Counted from the stretch's first letter, positions 27,057 through 39,080 are shown. The stretch is DNA of 44,276 nt from Actinobacteria bacterium UBA7422 (GCA_002469525.1 DKME01000110.1:42796-87071); one strand, 5' to 3'. The notes: generated from the sequence alone by a model not told the origin. Program-made: numbers and translations.

Positions 27057-27515
27057 TCAGGTCCGTGGCGTACGGGCTAGGGCTGTTAGTCGAGCCGTAC
27101 ACACTCGCTCGCCTTGTTCATTTGTGATCACAATTTCACTACTCATAATGGTTCGGCCAGTGCCAATCATGTGCGCGACACCGGTGACTACCCCGTCACG
27201 AGCCGCTTTATGGTGTGTGCAGTTCAAATCAATGCCCACGACCATCACACCCTCGCCCATCTGGTGGTACGCCGTTATTGCCGCGGCGACGGATCCAAGG
27301 GTTTCGGCCAGTACCGCGCTAGCCCCGCCGTGCAACAGGCCGTAGGGCTGAGTGTTTCCTTCCACGGGCATCGTGGCGCTAATGGAAGCTCGGCCTTCTG
27401 AATCGACGGTCGCCCGTGTTAACTTGATTCCCATCCGCTCACCGAGCGCCCCCATGGCGGTTTGGGTGACTTCGGCTGTGACATCGGTTATTCCGTGTTC
27501 CAAAGAGTTCGACAT
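27057..27515 (-). CDS. PaaI-family hotdog-fold thioesterase
   Basis: The motif YGLLHGGASAVLAETLGS is present on a hotdog-sized product. I prefer the ATG at 27515 (MSNSLEHG). The 27545 start in the ORF track would leave only 13 nt before the divergent polA. Confidence 0.75.
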   Translation of the reverse strand: MSNSLEHGITDVTAEVTQTAMGALGERMGIKLTRATVDSEGRASISATMPVEGNTQPYGLLHGGASAVLAETLGSVAAAITAYHQMGEGVMVVGIDLNCTHHKAARDGVVTGVAHMIGTGRTIMSSEIVITNEQGERVCTARLTALARTPRT

Positions 27516-27558
27516 AGTGCGAAAGCCTACGGTGCAGGTGGGCAACTAGTATCGGTTT

Positions 27559-30222
27559 GTGGCGCAAAATCGATTATTACTTATCGATGGACACTCGATG
27601 GCTTACCGAGCTTTTTTCGCTTTGCCGCCGGAAAACTTTACGACCAGCACGGGTCAACCCACAAATGCTGTGTACGGATTCACATCCATGTTGATCAATC
27701 TGATAAAGCAATACGACCCCACTCATATCGCCGTCGCCTTTGATGTGTCACGTAAAAGTTTTCGAACTGAAATATTTCCCGAATACAAAGCAACCCGGTC
27801 GAAGTCCCCAGAAGAGTTCAAAGGTCAGGTCGACCTAATAAAGGAAGTTTTGGACTCAATGTCGATCATGCGGCTTGAGAAAGAAGGCTACGAAGCCGAC
27901 GACCTCATTGCCACACTTGCAACCCAAGCCAGCGAGGCGGGGTTCGCCACTGAAATCGTGTCGGGAGATCGTGACTCATTTGCATTGGTGTCGGCATCGG
28001 TGACGGTGCTCTATCCAAAAAAGGGAGTTTCTGACCTAGCGGTCATGACCGTTGAGGCTATTGAGGAAAAATACAAGCTTTCACCGGTGCAGTACCCCGA
28101 CTTCGCGGCCCTGCGGGGTGACCCAAGTGACAACTTGCCCGGGATCCCTGGGGTCGGCGAGAAGACTGCACAGAAGTGGATCAACGAGTACGGCAGTCTG
28201 AGCGCCTTGGTCGCGGCCGCAGATTCAGTGAGGGGCAAGGTCGGTGATTCCTTGCGCGAAAACTTGGCCCAGGTACTTCTTAACCGACGTATCACAGAGT
28301 TAGAACGTGATGTGCCCCTTGACTTAGTCGTTGACCAGCTGGGGAGAGAGGCCTTTTCGTTGGCGGACGTGTTTCAACTTTTCGACACGTTGCAGTTTTC
28401 GGCTCTTCGCGGGCGGGTCAGCAAGTTGCCCGGCGCGATCGAGGCTGAAGGGCTTGCCAGTGAAGCTGCAAGTGAACGCGAAGAACAGCAGGTAATTGAC
28501 CGATCCGTGTTCTTAAATGCCAGCCTTGCGGAGCTGCAAGCGATCAAAGGCCCCATCGCAATTGCAATTGAAGGAGAGTTCGCTCAAGGGTCTGGGCGCA
28601 TTAGTTCACTGGCAGTGTGTACTGCAGATTCAATATATGTTGTGCCAGAAATATCGGTTTCGCACGAACGCGAGTGCGTACAGTGGTTGGCTACGTGTGA
28701 AAGCGAGAAAACTGTCCATGACGGCAAGTGGTTCTTATGGGCTTTGGCGACCTCGGGAATAGATATTTCTGCTGTGACGATTGCCATGGACACTGCTTTG
28801 GCCGGGTACCTGGTTGACCCAGGGCAGCGATCCTATGAATTGGCGGACCTAGTTCAAAGGGAGTTGGGCGCAAGCATAGATGCACCAGAAGACCAGCTCT
28901 CAATGTTCTCAGAGACTGACGAGTCAGCGAGTCTGGTTCAATCGGCCACTCTTATTTGGGATTTGGGAAGTGCGCTCACGCTCACACTTGAACGACTCGA
29001 CCTCACCGACCTTCTGCACAATATGGAGATCCCGACCGAAATTGCTCTCGCTCAAATGGAGCACGTGGGTATCGCGGTTGACTCGAACGCTTTAGCGTCC
29101 CTCTCCGAAGAATTCGGTGTATCAATTCGCGCTGCCGAGTCGGCAAGTTTCGAATTGGTCGGACATCAATTCAATTTGGCCTCACCCAAACAACTTCAGG
29201 AGGTCCTCTTCGCTGATCGAGGTCTTCCCAAGACCAAGAAGATTAAAACTGGGTTCACCACAGATGCTGAAGCTCTTGCGAATCTGTATTCCCAAACAAA
29301 GGATCCGCTACTTCAACATTTACTGAGTTGGCGTGAGGAATCCAAACTAAGGCAAACGGTTGACGGCTTGATTCCCCTGGTGGATGCACACGGTCGGATT
29401 CACACAACATTTCGACAAACTGTCGCTGCTACCGGTCGGTTGTCTTCGATGGATCCGAACTTACAAAATATTCCAGTCCGGACAGAAGCTGGGCGGCGAA
29501 TTCGGGCGGCATTTGTTGTCGGTGAGGGGTTTGAATGTCTATTGACCGCGGACTACAGCCAAATTGAACTCCGGATCATGGCGCACCTCTCACAGGACGA
29601 AGCACTCATTGAAGCATTCAATTCTGGTGAGGATCTGCACGACACTGTGGCGCGAACGGTGTTCAATGTCAGCGAAGTGACACCGGACATGCGAAGGCAG
29701 ATTAAGGCAATGTCCTACGGACTTGCCTACGGACTTTCCCCATACGGATTGGCCGCTCAACTTGATATTTCAACCGAAGACGCACGGATCATGATGGACG
29801 ACTATTTCAGAAGATTCGGGGGGATTAGAAATTATTTGGCGCAGGTGGTTGACGTTGCACGGGGAAAGCTCTACACCGAGACCATGTATGGACGCAGGCG
29901 CAAACTGCCGGATCTGGCGAGCGAGAACCGTCAGCGCCGAGAGATTGCCGAGCGGATGGCCCTCAATGCTCCCATTCAGGGCAGTGCCGCCGACATTGTG
30001 AAGATTGCCATGCTGAAAGTGGATACGGCTCTTCGAGAGTCCCATTTTCAATCGCGGCTGCTGCTCCAAGTTCACGACGAACTCGTGCTGGAAATTGCAG
30101 AGGGGGAGCGCGATGCAGTAACCGACCTTGTCCGAACCGAAATGGGATCTGCGGCACAACTACTTGTGCCCCTTGACGTGAATGTGGGTACCGGTCTGAA
30201 TTGGGATACCGCCGCCCACTGA
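27559..30222 (+). CDS. polA: DNA polymerase I
   Basis: The 5' nuclease domain reads LLLIDGHSMAYRAFFAL and GIPGVGEKTA. The polymerase motifs are DYSQIELRIMAH, RRQIKAMSYGLAYG and LQVHDELVLE. Confidence 0.95.
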   Translation: MAQNRLLLIDGHSMAYRAFFALPPENFTTSTGQPTNAVYGFTSMLINLIKQYDPTHIAVAFDVSRKSFRTEIFPEYKATRSKSPEEFKGQVDLIKEVLDSMSIMRLEKEGYEADDLIATLATQASEAGFATEIVSGDRDSFALVSASVTVLYPKKGVSDLAVMTVEAIEEKYKLSPVQYPDFAALRGDPSDNLPGIPGVGEKTAQKWINEYGSLSALVAAADSVRGKVGDSLRENLAQVLLNRRITELERDVPLDLVVDQLGREAFSLADVFQLFDTLQFSALRGRVSKLPGAIEAEGLASEAASEREEQQVIDRSVFLNASLAELQAIKGPIAIAIEGEFAQGSGRISSLAVCTADSIYVVPEISVSHERECVQWLATCESEKTVHDGKWFLWALATSGIDISAVTIAMDTALAGYLVDPGQRSYELADLVQRELGASIDAPEDQLSMFSETDESASLVQSATLIWDLGSALTLTLERLDLTDLLHNMEIPTEIALAQMEHVGIAVDSNALASLSEEFGVSIRAAESASFELVGHQFNLASPKQLQEVLFADRGLPKTKKIKTGFTTDAEALANLYSQTKDPLLQHLLSWREESKLRQTVDGLIPLVDAHGRIHTTFRQTVAATGRLSSMDPNLQNIPVRTEAGRRIRAAFVVGEGFECLLTADYSQIELRIMAHLSQDEALIEAFNSGEDLHDTVARTVFNVSEVTPDMRRQIKAMSYGLAYGLSPYGLAAQLDISTEDARIMMDDYFRRFGGIRNYLAQVVDVARGKLYTETMYGRRRKLPDLASENRQRREIAERMALNAPIQGSAADIVKIAMLKVDTALRESHFQSRLLLQVHDELVLEIAEGERDAVTDLVRTEMGSAAQLLVPLDVNVGTGLNWDTAAH

Positions 30223-30337
30223 GCATAGGTTAACCGTTACGCTTGGGTCGCTCATTCAATCGAGGATCAGACCTAGAATCCCCATAAAAAGTGCGAGTCA
30301 GCATCCATAACATCTATCCACCGGAGCCATTTCCTCC

Positions 30338-31795
30338 ATGACTATTCCTACATCAACTTCAACACCGCCCCAAATTGCCATTAACGACATTGGCACCGCC
30401 GAGGATTTCCTCGCTGCAATTGACGCAACAATCAAGTACTTCAATGACGGTGACCTCGTCGAAGGCATTGTCGTCAAAGTCGATCGAGACGAAGTTCTCC
30501 TTGACATCGGCTACAAAACGGAGGGAGTTATCCCTTCCCGCGAACTTTCCATCAAGCACGACGTTGACCCCAGTGAAGTGGTGACCGTCGGTGACAGTGT
30601 GGAAGCACTAGTTCTCACGAAAGAGGATAAAGAAGGTCGACTAATTTTGTCCAAGAAGCGCGCCCAGTACGAACGCGCATGGGGCACGATCGAAAAAATC
30701 AAAGAAGAAGATGGTGTCGTTGAAGGACTCGTTATTGAGGTTGTCAAGGGAGGCCTGATCGTCGATATCGGTTTGCGTGGCTTCTTGCCAGCATCATTGG
30801 TTGAAATGCGTCGCGTTCGTGACCTTCAGCCATACATCGGTAAGACGCTTGAAGCCAAGATCATCGAACTTGATAAGAATCGAAATAACGTGGTTCTTTC
30901 CCGTCGTTCCTACTTGGAAAAAACCCAAAGCCAGGTGCGACAAACCTTCCTGAACCAACTGCAGCGCGGTCAGATACGCAATGGTGTTGTGTCAAGCATT
31001 GTGAACTTCGGTGCATTCGTCGATCTCGGCGGCGTCGATGGTCTCGTCCACGTGTCTGAACTGTCGTGGAAGCACATTGATCACCCCTCCGAAGTCGTGC
31101 AGGTCGGCGACGAAGTCACCGTTGAGGTTCTCGAAGTTGACATGGACCGCGAGCGCGTGTCGCTGTCCCTCAAGTCCACCAAAGAAGACCCATGGCAGCA
31201 CTTTGCACGCACGCACGGGATCAACCAAGTTGTGCCAGGCAAGGTCACCAAGTTGGTTCCATTTGGAGCATTCGTGCGTGTCGATGAAGGAATCGAAGGA
31301 CTCGTTCACATCTCTGAATTGGCCGAGCGTCATATTGAAATGCCAGAACAGATCGTTCAGGTCAACGACGACATCTTTGTCAGGGTAATTGATATTGACC
31401 TTGAACGTCGTCGGATCTCACTGTCCCTCAAGCAGGCGAATGATTCTTCAGACTCTCAGGCGGTTGAGGAGTTTGACCCATACCTATATGGCATGGCACC
31501 GGCATTCGACGAGGCTGGCAACTACACCGGGCCAGAAGGATTCGATCCTGAAACAGGTGAGTGGAAAGGCGGCTTCGAAGAGCAGCGCACCGAATGGGAG
31601 CGTGAATACGCAGAGGCCCATGCACGTTGGGAAGCTCACCGTAAACAGATGACCGAGGCAAAGGAAGCTGATCAAGCTGCGGCTGTTGAGTCGGGTGATG
31701 CGAGTGCATATTCATCCGAATCAGCCACCAGTGAAGGCACACTCGCTGACGACTCCTCACTCCAGGCCCTTCGGGACAAGCTCACCACAGAGTAA
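30338..31795 (+). CDS. rpsA: 30S ribosomal protein S1
   Basis: It has four tandem S1 domains, for example GDLVEGIVVKVDRDEVLLDIGYKTEGVIPSRELS, GVVSSIVNFGAFVDLGGVDGLVHVSELS and GKVTKLVPFGAFVRVDEGIEGLVHISEL, plus an acidic C-terminal tail. Confidence 0.95.
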   Translation: MTIPTSTSTPPQIAINDIGTAEDFLAAIDATIKYFNDGDLVEGIVVKVDRDEVLLDIGYKTEGVIPSRELSIKHDVDPSEVVTVGDSVEALVLTKEDKEGRLILSKKRAQYERAWGTIEKIKEEDGVVEGLVIEVVKGGLIVDIGLRGFLPASLVEMRRVRDLQPYIGKTLEAKIIELDKNRNNVVLSRRSYLEKTQSQVRQTFLNQLQRGQIRNGVVSSIVNFGAFVDLGGVDGLVHVSELSWKHIDHPSEVVQVGDEVTVEVLEVDMDRERVSLSLKSTKEDPWQHFARTHGINQVVPGKVTKLVPFGAFVRVDEGIEGLVHISELAERHIEMPEQIVQVNDDIFVRVIDIDLERRRISLSLKQANDSSDSQAVEEFDPYLYGMAPAFDEAGNYTGPEGFDPETGEWKGGFEEQRTEWEREYAEAHARWEAHRKQMTEAKEADQAAAVESGDASAYSSESATSEGTLADDSSLQALRDKLTTE

Positions 31796-31811
31796 TTTTG
31801 TGGCTCACCAC

Positions 31812-32423
31812 ATGCCTTTTGTTGTCGGTCTGACCGGCGGTATTGGTTCGGGTAAGTCAACAGCGGCGTCGTGCTTTTCACAGCACGGCGCCGTTGTCAT
31901 AGACGCTGATCAAATCTCACGTGCGCTTACGGCAACTGGCTCAGAAGTGCTCGATGAAATCACCGAGTCCTTTGGTTCGGCATTGGTAGATTCGACTGGT
32001 TCTCTTGATCGCGCGGCACTTGCATCAATTGTATTTAGCGATCCTGATTCACTGGCCACACTTAACGCGATCATGCACCCGAAGATTCGAGCGAAAGCAC
32101 TCGAAATAATTAGTAAGAGTGACCCCCGTGCAATTGTTGTATATGACATGCCGCTTTTGGTTGAAACCGGTTCAGAGGATATCTGTGACGCAGTGGTCGT
32201 GATCGACGTTGACCCGCGCACTCAAGTAGAAAGGCTAGTTGCTAGCCGCGGTATGAGTGCGGAACAGGCGGAGGAAAGGATTCGCAATCAAGCCTCACGG
32301 GAATTTCGAAATCAGTCGGGCACTTGGGTAATTGAGAACTCGAGTTCGCATGCAGACTTCGTGATCGCGTGTGAATTCGTATGGAAAGAGATCGAGCAGC
32401 GAGCACATAGGGTTAGGGAGTGA
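31812..32423 (+). CDS. coaE: dephospho-CoA kinase
   Basis: I prefer the ATG at 31812 ([18 protein letters not shown]-loop). The 31686 start in the ORF track overlaps rpsA. Confidence 0.9.
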   Translation: MPFVVGLTGGIGSGKSTAASCFSQHGAVVIDADQISRALTATGSEVLDEITESFGSALVDSTGSLDRAALASIVFSDPDSLATLNAIMHPKIRAKALEIISKSDPRAIVVYDMPLLVETGSEDICDAVVVIDVDPRTQVERLVASRGMSAEQAEERIRNQASREFRNQSGTWVIENSSSHADFVIACEFVWKEIEQRAHRVRE

Positions 32424-34468
32424 CCAGGCCCGTAACAGATCTGACTCGAACCGTTGCGCCATTTGAGGTGATTTCGCCATTCCGGCCGGCAGGTGATCAG
32501 CCTGCGGCAATTGACGAGCTTGCGAAGCGAATCTTGGCGGGTGAGAAAAATTCAGTATTACTGGGTGCAACGGGCACGGGTAAAAGCGCCACGACGGCTT
32601 GGTTAGTTGAGAAATTGCAACGTCCGACTTTGGTTATGGCGCCCAATAAGACCCTTGCGGCGCAGCTCGCTACAGAGTTCCGGGAACTTTTGCCAAATAA
32701 CGCGGTTGAGTATTTTGTTTCCTACTACGACTATTACCAGCCGGAAGCCTACGTTCCGCAGTCTGACACCTTTATTGAGAAGGACTCCACGGTTAATGAG
32801 GAAGTTGAGCGGCTCCGCCATTCGGCGACAAATAGTTTGTTGACCCGCAGGGATGTTTTAGTTGTTGCGACGGTTTCTGCGATCTACGGACTTGGAACCC
32901 CACAGGAATATGTGGATCGCATGATTCGATTGCGTGTGGGTGAAGAGTATTCGCGCGATAAGTTGCTACGTGGGCTCGTGGCTATTCAATATACGCGCAA
33001 TGACATTGCTTTTACTCGAGGGACGTTTAGGGTCCGTGGGGACACCGTCGAAGTATTTCCAGTCTATGAAGAACACCCCGTTCGCATTGAAATGTTCGGC
33101 GACGAAATTGAACGCATGATGACCCTGCACCCGGTCACAGGGGAAATAATTACCGAAGACTCAGAGATGTACATTTTCCCAGCGACGCACTACGTTGCGG
33201 GACCAGAACGCATGACCCGAGCAATCGGTGAGATTGAAATTGAATTGGCGCAGCGCGTAGCGGAGTTTGAGAAACAGGGCAAACTACTTGAAGCTCAACG
33301 CATCAAGATGCGAACAACATTTGACATCGAAATGATGCAACAGGTGGGGTTCTGCTCCGGGATTGAGAATTACAGCAGGTTCATCGACGGTCGTGAACCA
33401 GGGAGTGCACCTAACTGCTTAATTGACTATTTCCCTGAAGATTACCTTCTCGTAATCGACGAGTCTCACGTCAGCGTTCCGCAGATCGGTGCAATGTTCG
33501 AAGGCGATGCAAGCCGAAAACGAACATTGGTTGAGCACGGATTCCGGCTGCCAAGCGCAATGGATAATAGGCCGCTGCGTTGGAAAGAGTTCGAAGAACG
33601 GATCGGTCAGGCGATCTACCTCTCAGCGACTCCGGGACCCTATGAACTCACCGCTGTGCAAGGCGATGTAGTCGAGCAGGTGATTCGACCCACCGGGCTG
33701 GTAGATCCCGAAGTTGTGATCAAACCCACCCAGGGACAAGTCGACGACCTGATGCACGAGATCCGAATCCGCGTTGACAAGCATGAGCGGGTATTGGTCA
33801 CAACGCTCACAAAACGGATGTCAGAAGATCTCACAAACTACCTTGCCGAACACGGGATCAAAGTTCAGTACTTACACTCGGAAGTCGACACGCTTCGTCG
33901 GGTTGAACTACTTCGTGAACTGCGCTTGGGAGTATTTGACGTCCTCGTCGGAATCAACCTCCTGCGTGAGGGTCTCGACTTGCCAGAAGTTTCACTGGTT
34001 GCAATCTTGGATGCAGACAAAGAAGGGTTTCTTCGATCGGGAACCTCGCTTATCCAAACGATTGGTCGCGCGGCACGTAACGTCAATGGTCAAGTACACA
34101 TGTATGCCGACAAGATCACGCCGTCAATGGCTAAGGCGATTGACGAGACCAACCGTCGCCGTGCAAAACAGGTGGCTTATAACAAGAAGATGGGTGTTGA
34201 CCCGCAACCCCTTCGAAAGAAGATCGCGGATATCACGGACATGCTTTCCCGTGAGGAGGAAGATACGGCCAAATTGATTACGGCCGAGAAATCACAGATA
34301 CGCAGACACACGCCTAGTGGAGACCTCGTGGTCCTAATCGAGGAGCTCAGCGAGCAAATGCGCGCTGCTGCAGGCGAATTGCAATTCGAACTAGCCGCTC
34401 GTCTACGAGACGAAATCTCGGATCTCAAAAAAGAACTGCGTGGCATGCAATCAGCGGAAGCCCACTAG
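32420..34468 (+). CDS. uvrB: excinuclease ABC subunit B
   Basis: Motifs are [45 protein letters not shown] and YADKITPSM. The C-terminal UVR motif is [11 protein letters not shown]. The GTGA overlaps coaE. Confidence 0.95.
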   Translation: MTRPVTDLTRTVAPFEVISPFRPAGDQPAAIDELAKRILAGEKNSVLLGATGTGKSATTAWLVEKLQRPTLVMAPNKTLAAQLATEFRELLPNNAVEYFVSYYDYYQPEAYVPQSDTFIEKDSTVNEEVERLRHSATNSLLTRRDVLVVATVSAIYGLGTPQEYVDRMIRLRVGEEYSRDKLLRGLVAIQYTRNDIAFTRGTFRVRGDTVEVFPVYEEHPVRIEMFGDEIERMMTLHPVTGEIITEDSEMYIFPATHYVAGPERMTRAIGEIEIELAQRVAEFEKQGKLLEAQRIKMRTTFDIEMMQQVGFCSGIENYSRFIDGREPGSAPNCLIDYFPEDYLLVIDESHVSVPQIGAMFEGDASRKRTLVEHGFRLPSAMDNRPLRWKEFEERIGQAIYLSATPGPYELTAVQGDVVEQVIRPTGLVDPEVVIKPTQGQVDDLMHEIRIRVDKHERVLVTTLTKRMSEDLTNYLAEHGIKVQYLHSEVDTLRRVELLRELRLGVFDVLVGINLLREGLDLPEVSLVAILDADKEGFLRSGTSLIQTIGRAARNVNGQVHMYADKITPSMAKAIDETNRRRAKQVAYNKKMGVDPQPLRKKIADITDMLSREEEDTAKLITAEKSQIRRHTPSGDLVVLIEELSEQMRAAAGELQFELAARLRDEISDLKKELRGMQSAEAH

Positions 34469-34471
34469 TTC

Positions 34472-35473
34472 ATGGACACATCAATTGGTTTATGGCTCGT
34501 CACGATCCTAGGAATCGCATTGCTCATAGCGGCTGACTTTCTCGCGATAACGCGAAAGCCACATGAAGTCAAATTTAGGGAAGCGCTCTGGGCGTCCATA
34601 TTTTATGTGGGAATCGCTATTGCATTTGGCATCTTTATTTACATTTGGCAGGGGTCCCAGTATGGGACGGAATATTTCGCAGCGTACTTGGTCGAAAAAT
34701 CTTTGAGCGTAGATAACTTATTCGTATTTATCATTATTCTCACCCAGTTTGCTGTGCCGTTTAATCTGCACCAGCGTGTCCTCTTGGTGGGGGTAGCACT
34801 AGCAATCGTGCTTCGGGGAATATTTATCGCTATTGGTGCCAGCGCGTTGGCGTACTTCTCATTTACATTTGTGATTTTTGGTGGAATTCTGGTGTGGACC
34901 GGTGTCCAACTGATGCGACATCGCAATGAAGACCCAGACCCCCAAGACAACTTATTAGTTCGACTGGCCCGCAAGCGTTACAGATTCTCAGACGGCTACC
35001 ACGGGACTTCGCTGTTTATCAAAGAAAATGGATTACGAGTTGCCACGCCGCTGCTACTTGTTATGTTCGCGATCGGAACAACTGATCTGCTGTTTGCGCT
35101 GGATTCAATTCCCGCGACATTCGGGGTCACCCAAGAGCCCTACCTAGTTTTCACTGTGAACGCCTTCGCGCTACTTGGATTGCGTGCACTCTATTTCCTG
35201 CTGCGGGGGCTCTTAGACAAGTTGATTTACCTATCACTTGGATTATCAGTGATTTTGATCTTCATCGGCGTCAAATTGTTTTTGACCTACTTTCACGAAG
35301 TCAACGACTCAATCCCGAAAATTTCAACGAACGTCAGCCTCATATTTATTGGGGTAGTGCTAATCGCCGTATTCGTCGCTTCGTGGGTCAAACTTAAAAT
35401 TGATCCAACCGCACAGGGTCATGCCGGTCGAGTGACAGATGCCGATCCGGACGACAAGGGCTCAACAGTTTGA
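34472..35473 (+). CDS. TerC-family integral membrane protein
   Basis: The polytopic product has TerC-like segments EYFAAYLVEKSLSVDNLFVF and TDLLFALDSIPA. It starts 3 nt after the uvrB stop. Confidence 0.8.
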   Translation: MDTSIGLWLVTILGIALLIAADFLAITRKPHEVKFREALWASIFYVGIAIAFGIFIYIWQGSQYGTEYFAAYLVEKSLSVDNLFVFIIILTQFAVPFNLHQRVLLVGVALAIVLRGIFIAIGASALAYFSFTFVIFGGILVWTGVQLMRHRNEDPDPQDNLLVRLARKRYRFSDGYHGTSLFIKENGLRVATPLLLVMFAIGTTDLLFALDSIPATFGVTQEPYLVFTVNAFALLGLRALYFLLRGLLDKLIYLSLGLSVILIFIGVKLFLTYFHEVNDSIPKISTNVSLIFIGVVLIAVFVASWVKLKIDPTAQGHAGRVTDADPDDKGSTV

Positions 35474-35493
35474 TCGGGATTGCGCTTATGCAA

Positions 35494-36165
35494 TTACCAG
35501 CCTCGTGCTCGCCAGTCGTCAAGGAAGTCGCGTTCTTCGCCCACGTTAGTGTCAAATCCGTGGCCTGGATATACCCAGGTCGTGTCTGGGAGAGAGTCAA
35601 AAATGAGTGACTTAACTCCATTAAACAAGGTCGTGAAATCTTCCGGATTATTTGTTTTCCCTACACCACCTGGGAAAAGGCAATCACCAGAAAATAGGTG
35701 TCCATGACCAAAAGGATCGTCGTACAAATACATGCTGGCTCCAGGTGTGTGGCCTCCGGTTGTGAGCACCGTCAAAGTGATGTCACCAAATGTCACCGTG
35801 GAGTTGGGGAAAAGCTCATGATCGGTTGGCACAGCAATTGAGTCGGCATCCTGGCTCGGGGCGTAGGTGGTGGCTCCCGTAGCCGCAACGACTTCCGCGA
35901 GCGCATTCCAGTGGTCTGGGTGCCCGTGAGTCGTGAGAATTGCGTTCAAGCCACCGGGCCCCACGAGGGTGAGCAGGCGATCTGGCTCTGCCGCGGCATC
36001 AATGAGTATTTCGGTACCGGTCGAAGAACACCTCAACAAATAGGAGTTGTTGTTAAAAGGTCCAACACTGATTTTGCTAATGGTCAAATTCGTGAGTTCC
36101 CGTACGTGGGCCGGGCCGTCAACTTGTGTATTTCCGTTATACATGTTTCGACTATAGCCGTCCAT
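35494..36165 (-). CDS. MBL-fold metallo-hydrolase
   Basis: Motifs are LTTHGHPDHW, GGHTPGS and GDCLFPGGVGKT. Its position upstream of uvrA is conserved in actinobacteria (from memory). Confidence 0.85.
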   Translation of the reverse strand: MDGYSRNMYNGNTQVDGPAHVRELTNLTISKISVGPFNNNSYLLRCSSTGTEILIDAAAEPDRLLTLVGPGGLNAILTTHGHPDHWNALAEVVAATGATTYAPSQDADSIAVPTDHELFPNSTVTFGDITLTVLTTGGHTPGASMYLYDDPFGHGHLFSGDCLFPGGVGKTNNPEDFTTLFNGVKSLIFDSLPDTTWVYPGHGFDTNVGEERDFLDDWRARGW

Positions 36166-36242
36166 GTCAATCCACCTAAGAAGGCATTTTCGGGTGAGTC
36201 GAATAGGCTAAGGGCTCAATAAGATTACAGGGAAGAGCTTGT

Positions 36243-39080
36243 GTGGAAAAGTTAGTTATTCGAGGCGCTCGCGAGCATAATCTCAAGAACATTTCCGTTG
36301 ATCTTCCGCGCGATTCACTGATTGTTTTTACGGGCCTCTCGGGCTCGGGCAAGTCCAGCCTTGCCTTCGACACGATTTTTGCCGAAGGACAGCGCAGATA
36401 CGTTGAAAGCCTCTCGGCTTATGCCCGGCAGTTCCTGGGACAGATGGACAAGCCAGACGTGGACTTTATTGAAGGCCTTTCACCCGCCGTGTCGATTGAC
36501 CAGAAATCTACTTCTCGAAATCCGCGTTCGACCGTGGGGACGATCACAGAAATCTACGACTACCTGCGATTGCTGTACGCAAGAATCGGTAAACCACACT
36601 GTCCTTTGTGCGGTGACCCGATAGCTAAGCAAACTCCCCAGCAAATTGTGGACCAGATTTTGGAACTGCCCGTGAAAACGAAATTTCAAGTATTGGCACC
36701 GCTGGTGCGCGAGCGCAAGGGTGAATATCTCGAAGTGTTCAAGCAGCTTCAGTCTGACGGTTACTCGCGGGTCAGGGTAGACGGCGAGATTTATGCTTTG
36801 GATAGTGTCCCTGCACTTAAGAAACAGGAGAAGCACACGATTGAAGTTGTGGTTGATCGATTAAGTGTGAACACGGAGTCCCGCCAACGAATGACCGATT
36901 CAGTAGAAACGGCACTGTCGCTAGGTCATGGAAATGTGACTTTAGATTTTGTTGAGAAGCCGGAAAATGACCCAGATCGGGAACTAACTTTGAGTGAGCA
37001 CCTCGCCTGCCTGCGCGACGGCCTTTCCTTCGAAGAATTAGAGCCTCGTTCTTTTTCGTTCAACTCACCATTTGGGGCCTGCCCGGACTGTTCCGGGTTG
37101 GGGGTAACTCGTGCGGTCGACGAAGAACTAGTGGTACCAGACCCCGCTGCAACCCTGAATGAAGGCGCAATTGCGCCGTGGTCCCGAGGAACGGTGAGTG
37201 AGTATTTCAAGAGGTTGCTCGAGGCACTCTCAGAAGAAACCGGAATAGACATGGATGCTCCATGGTCTTCGCTGAGTGCTAAACATCGAAAAGCGATTCT
37301 TTATGGAACCGATGCTGAACTCCACGTCAAGTTCAAAAACCGATACGGGCGTCAACGCTCGTATTACACAACCTACGAGGGGGTTGTGAATTTCATCGCT
37401 CGGCGACACGCAGAAGCGGACACTGATTCCTCGCGTGAACGTTTTGAGGGCTTCATGCGCGAGGTTCCTTGTGTGTCGTGTCAAGGCAGCCGTCTCAAAC
37501 CATTGACTCTAGCCGTTACTGTCTCGGATCACTCGATTGCTGCAATTGCGGCGTTGCCTATCAGCAGCGCGCGGGACTTGCTTGCAACGCTGAAGCTTTC
37601 CCAGCGTGACGAAGCAATTGCTGCGAGGGTTCTCAAGGAAGTAAATGAAAGACTGCAATTTTTGGTCGACGTGGGATTGCATTATCTCTCACTTGATCGG
37701 GCAGCCGGGACCCTCGCGGGTGGTGAAGCCCAGCGAATTCGGCTCGCAACCCAAATTGGATCGGGTCTCACAGGTGTCCTGTACGTACTCGACGAACCCA
37801 GTATTGGCTTGCACCAACGAGACAATGAGCGGCTAATCGAAACCCTCGTCCGACTGCGCGATCTAGGGAACACGTTGATCGTTGTGGAACACGACGAAGA
37901 CACAATCCGTATGGCCGACTGGATCGTGGACATTGGTCCAGGTGCGGGTGAGCACGGTGGTGAAGTCGTTGTGAGCGGGAAATTGGCGGATCTCGTTAAG
38001 TCCAAGAAGTCGATAACCGGCGCTTACATCTCAGGAGCACGAAGCATTGCCATGCCCGAACTGCGCCGTGGACAGGAGCGTGGCTGGATAGGTGTTCGTG
38101 GTGCGAAAGAGCACAACTTGAAAAATGTCGACGTCGATTTCCCTTTAGGAAATCTGTGTGTGGTCAGCGGGGTGAGTGGATCAGGTAAATCCACATTGGT
38201 GAATGACGTTCTGCTGAATTCACTCGCTCGTGAACTCAATGGCGCATCCGTTGTCCCAGGTAAACACACGAAAGTAACGGGTCTTGACCAAGTAGACAAG
38301 GTCGTGCATGTTGACCAAGGCCCAATTGGCCGAACACCACGCAGTAACCCAGCGACGTACACGGGTGTCTTTGACCATATTCGAAAACTCTTCGCCGAAA
38401 CCCAAGAGGCGAAGATTCGTGGGTATCAACCGGGTCGCTTTAGTTTCAATGTCAAAGGTGGACGCTGTGAGTCGTGCAGTGGTGACGGGACACTAAAAAT
38501 TGAAATGAACTTTTTGCCAGACGTCTATGTTCCCTGTGAGGTCTGTCATGGTGCGCGATACAACAGGGAAACCCTTGAAGTTCACTACAAGGGCAAAACA
38601 ATTGCAGAAGTGCTCAACATGCCGATCGAAGAAGCAAGTGAGTTTTTTGCGGCAATCCCACCTATTTCCCGTCACTTGAAGACGTTGGTTGAAGTTGGAT
38701 TGGGTTACGTTCGCATGGGTCAATCGGCTCCGACCCTTTCAGGTGGTGAAGCCCAGCGTGTGAAACTCTCCGCCGAGTTGCAGAAACGGTCAACCGGGAG
38801 GACCATTTATATCTTGGATGAACCAACTACGGGGCTGCACTTCGAAGACATTAGGAAACTACTGCTGGTTCTTCAAAGTTTGGTCGACAAGGGCAATAGT
38901 GTCATTGTGATCGAACACAATCTTGATGTGATTAAATCGGCTGATTGGATCATTGACATGGGTCCCGAAGGAGGATCCGGAGGTGGACAGGTCGTGGCCC
39001 AGGGAACACCCAAAGACATCGCTGCCGTGAAATTAAGCCATACCGGCAGATTCCTTAAAAACATGAAACTCACAAGCTAG
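36243..39080 (+). CDS. uvrA: excinuclease ABC subunit A
   Basis: Two ABC modules are present: [14 protein letters not shown] with [12 protein letters not shown] and YVLDEPS, then [10 protein letters not shown] with [12 protein letters not shown] and YILDEPT. The zinc modules are CPLCG, CPDCSG, CVSCQG and [14 protein letters not shown]. Confidence 0.95.
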   Translation: MEKLVIRGAREHNLKNISVDLPRDSLIVFTGLSGSGKSSLAFDTIFAEGQRRYVESLSAYARQFLGQMDKPDVDFIEGLSPAVSIDQKSTSRNPRSTVGTITEIYDYLRLLYARIGKPHCPLCGDPIAKQTPQQIVDQILELPVKTKFQVLAPLVRERKGEYLEVFKQLQSDGYSRVRVDGEIYALDSVPALKKQEKHTIEVVVDRLSVNTESRQRMTDSVETALSLGHGNVTLDFVEKPENDPDRELTLSEHLACLRDGLSFEELEPRSFSFNSPFGACPDCSGLGVTRAVDEELVVPDPAATLNEGAIAPWSRGTVSEYFKRLLEALSEETGIDMDAPWSSLSAKHRKAILYGTDAELHVKFKNRYGRQRSYYTTYEGVVNFIARRHAEADTDSSRERFEGFMREVPCVSCQGSRLKPLTLAVTVSDHSIAAIAALPISSARDLLATLKLSQRDEAIAARVLKEVNERLQFLVDVGLHYLSLDRAAGTLAGGEAQRIRLATQIGSGLTGVLYVLDEPSIGLHQRDNERLIETLVRLRDLGNTLIVVEHDEDTIRMADWIVDIGPGAGEHGGEVVVSGKLADLVKSKKSITGAYISGARSIAMPELRRGQERGWIGVRGAKEHNLKNVDVDFPLGNLCVVSGVSGSGKSTLVNDVLLNSLARELNGASVVPGKHTKVTGLDQVDKVVHVDQGPIGRTPRSNPATYTGVFDHIRKLFAETQEAKIRGYQPGRFSFNVKGGRCESCSGDGTLKIEMNFLPDVYVPCEVCHGARYNRETLEVHYKGKTIAEVLNMPIEEASEFFAAIPPISRHLKTLVEVGLGYVRMGQSAPTLSGGEAQRVKLSAELQKRSTGRTIYILDEPTTGLHFEDIRKLLLVLQSLVDKGNSVIVIEHNLDVIKSADWIIDMGPEGGSGGGQVVAQGTPKDIAAVKLSHTGRFLKNMKLTS

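Noticed and set aside
34466-34475. A yybP-ykoY (Mn) riboswitch, which often precedes TerC/Alx-family genes.
   Set aside because: The TerC-family gene starts 3 nt after the uvrB stop, so there is no space for a riboswitch.
35479-35494. A hairpin ATTGC-GCTTAT-GCAAT between the convergent TerC-family and MBL genes, considered as a bidirectional terminator.
   Set aside because: The stem is only 5 bp and AT-rich, with no flanking U tract. That is too weak to call.
36166-36242. A LexA SOS box (TCGAAC-N4-GTTCGA type) or a RecA-independent PafBC-type promoter motif upstream of uvrA.
   Set aside because: Only a single TCGAAT half-site is present, with no inverted partner. The TTCGGGTG-N7-TAGGCT stretch does not match the TGTCGGTG-N8-TANNNT pattern as I remember it.
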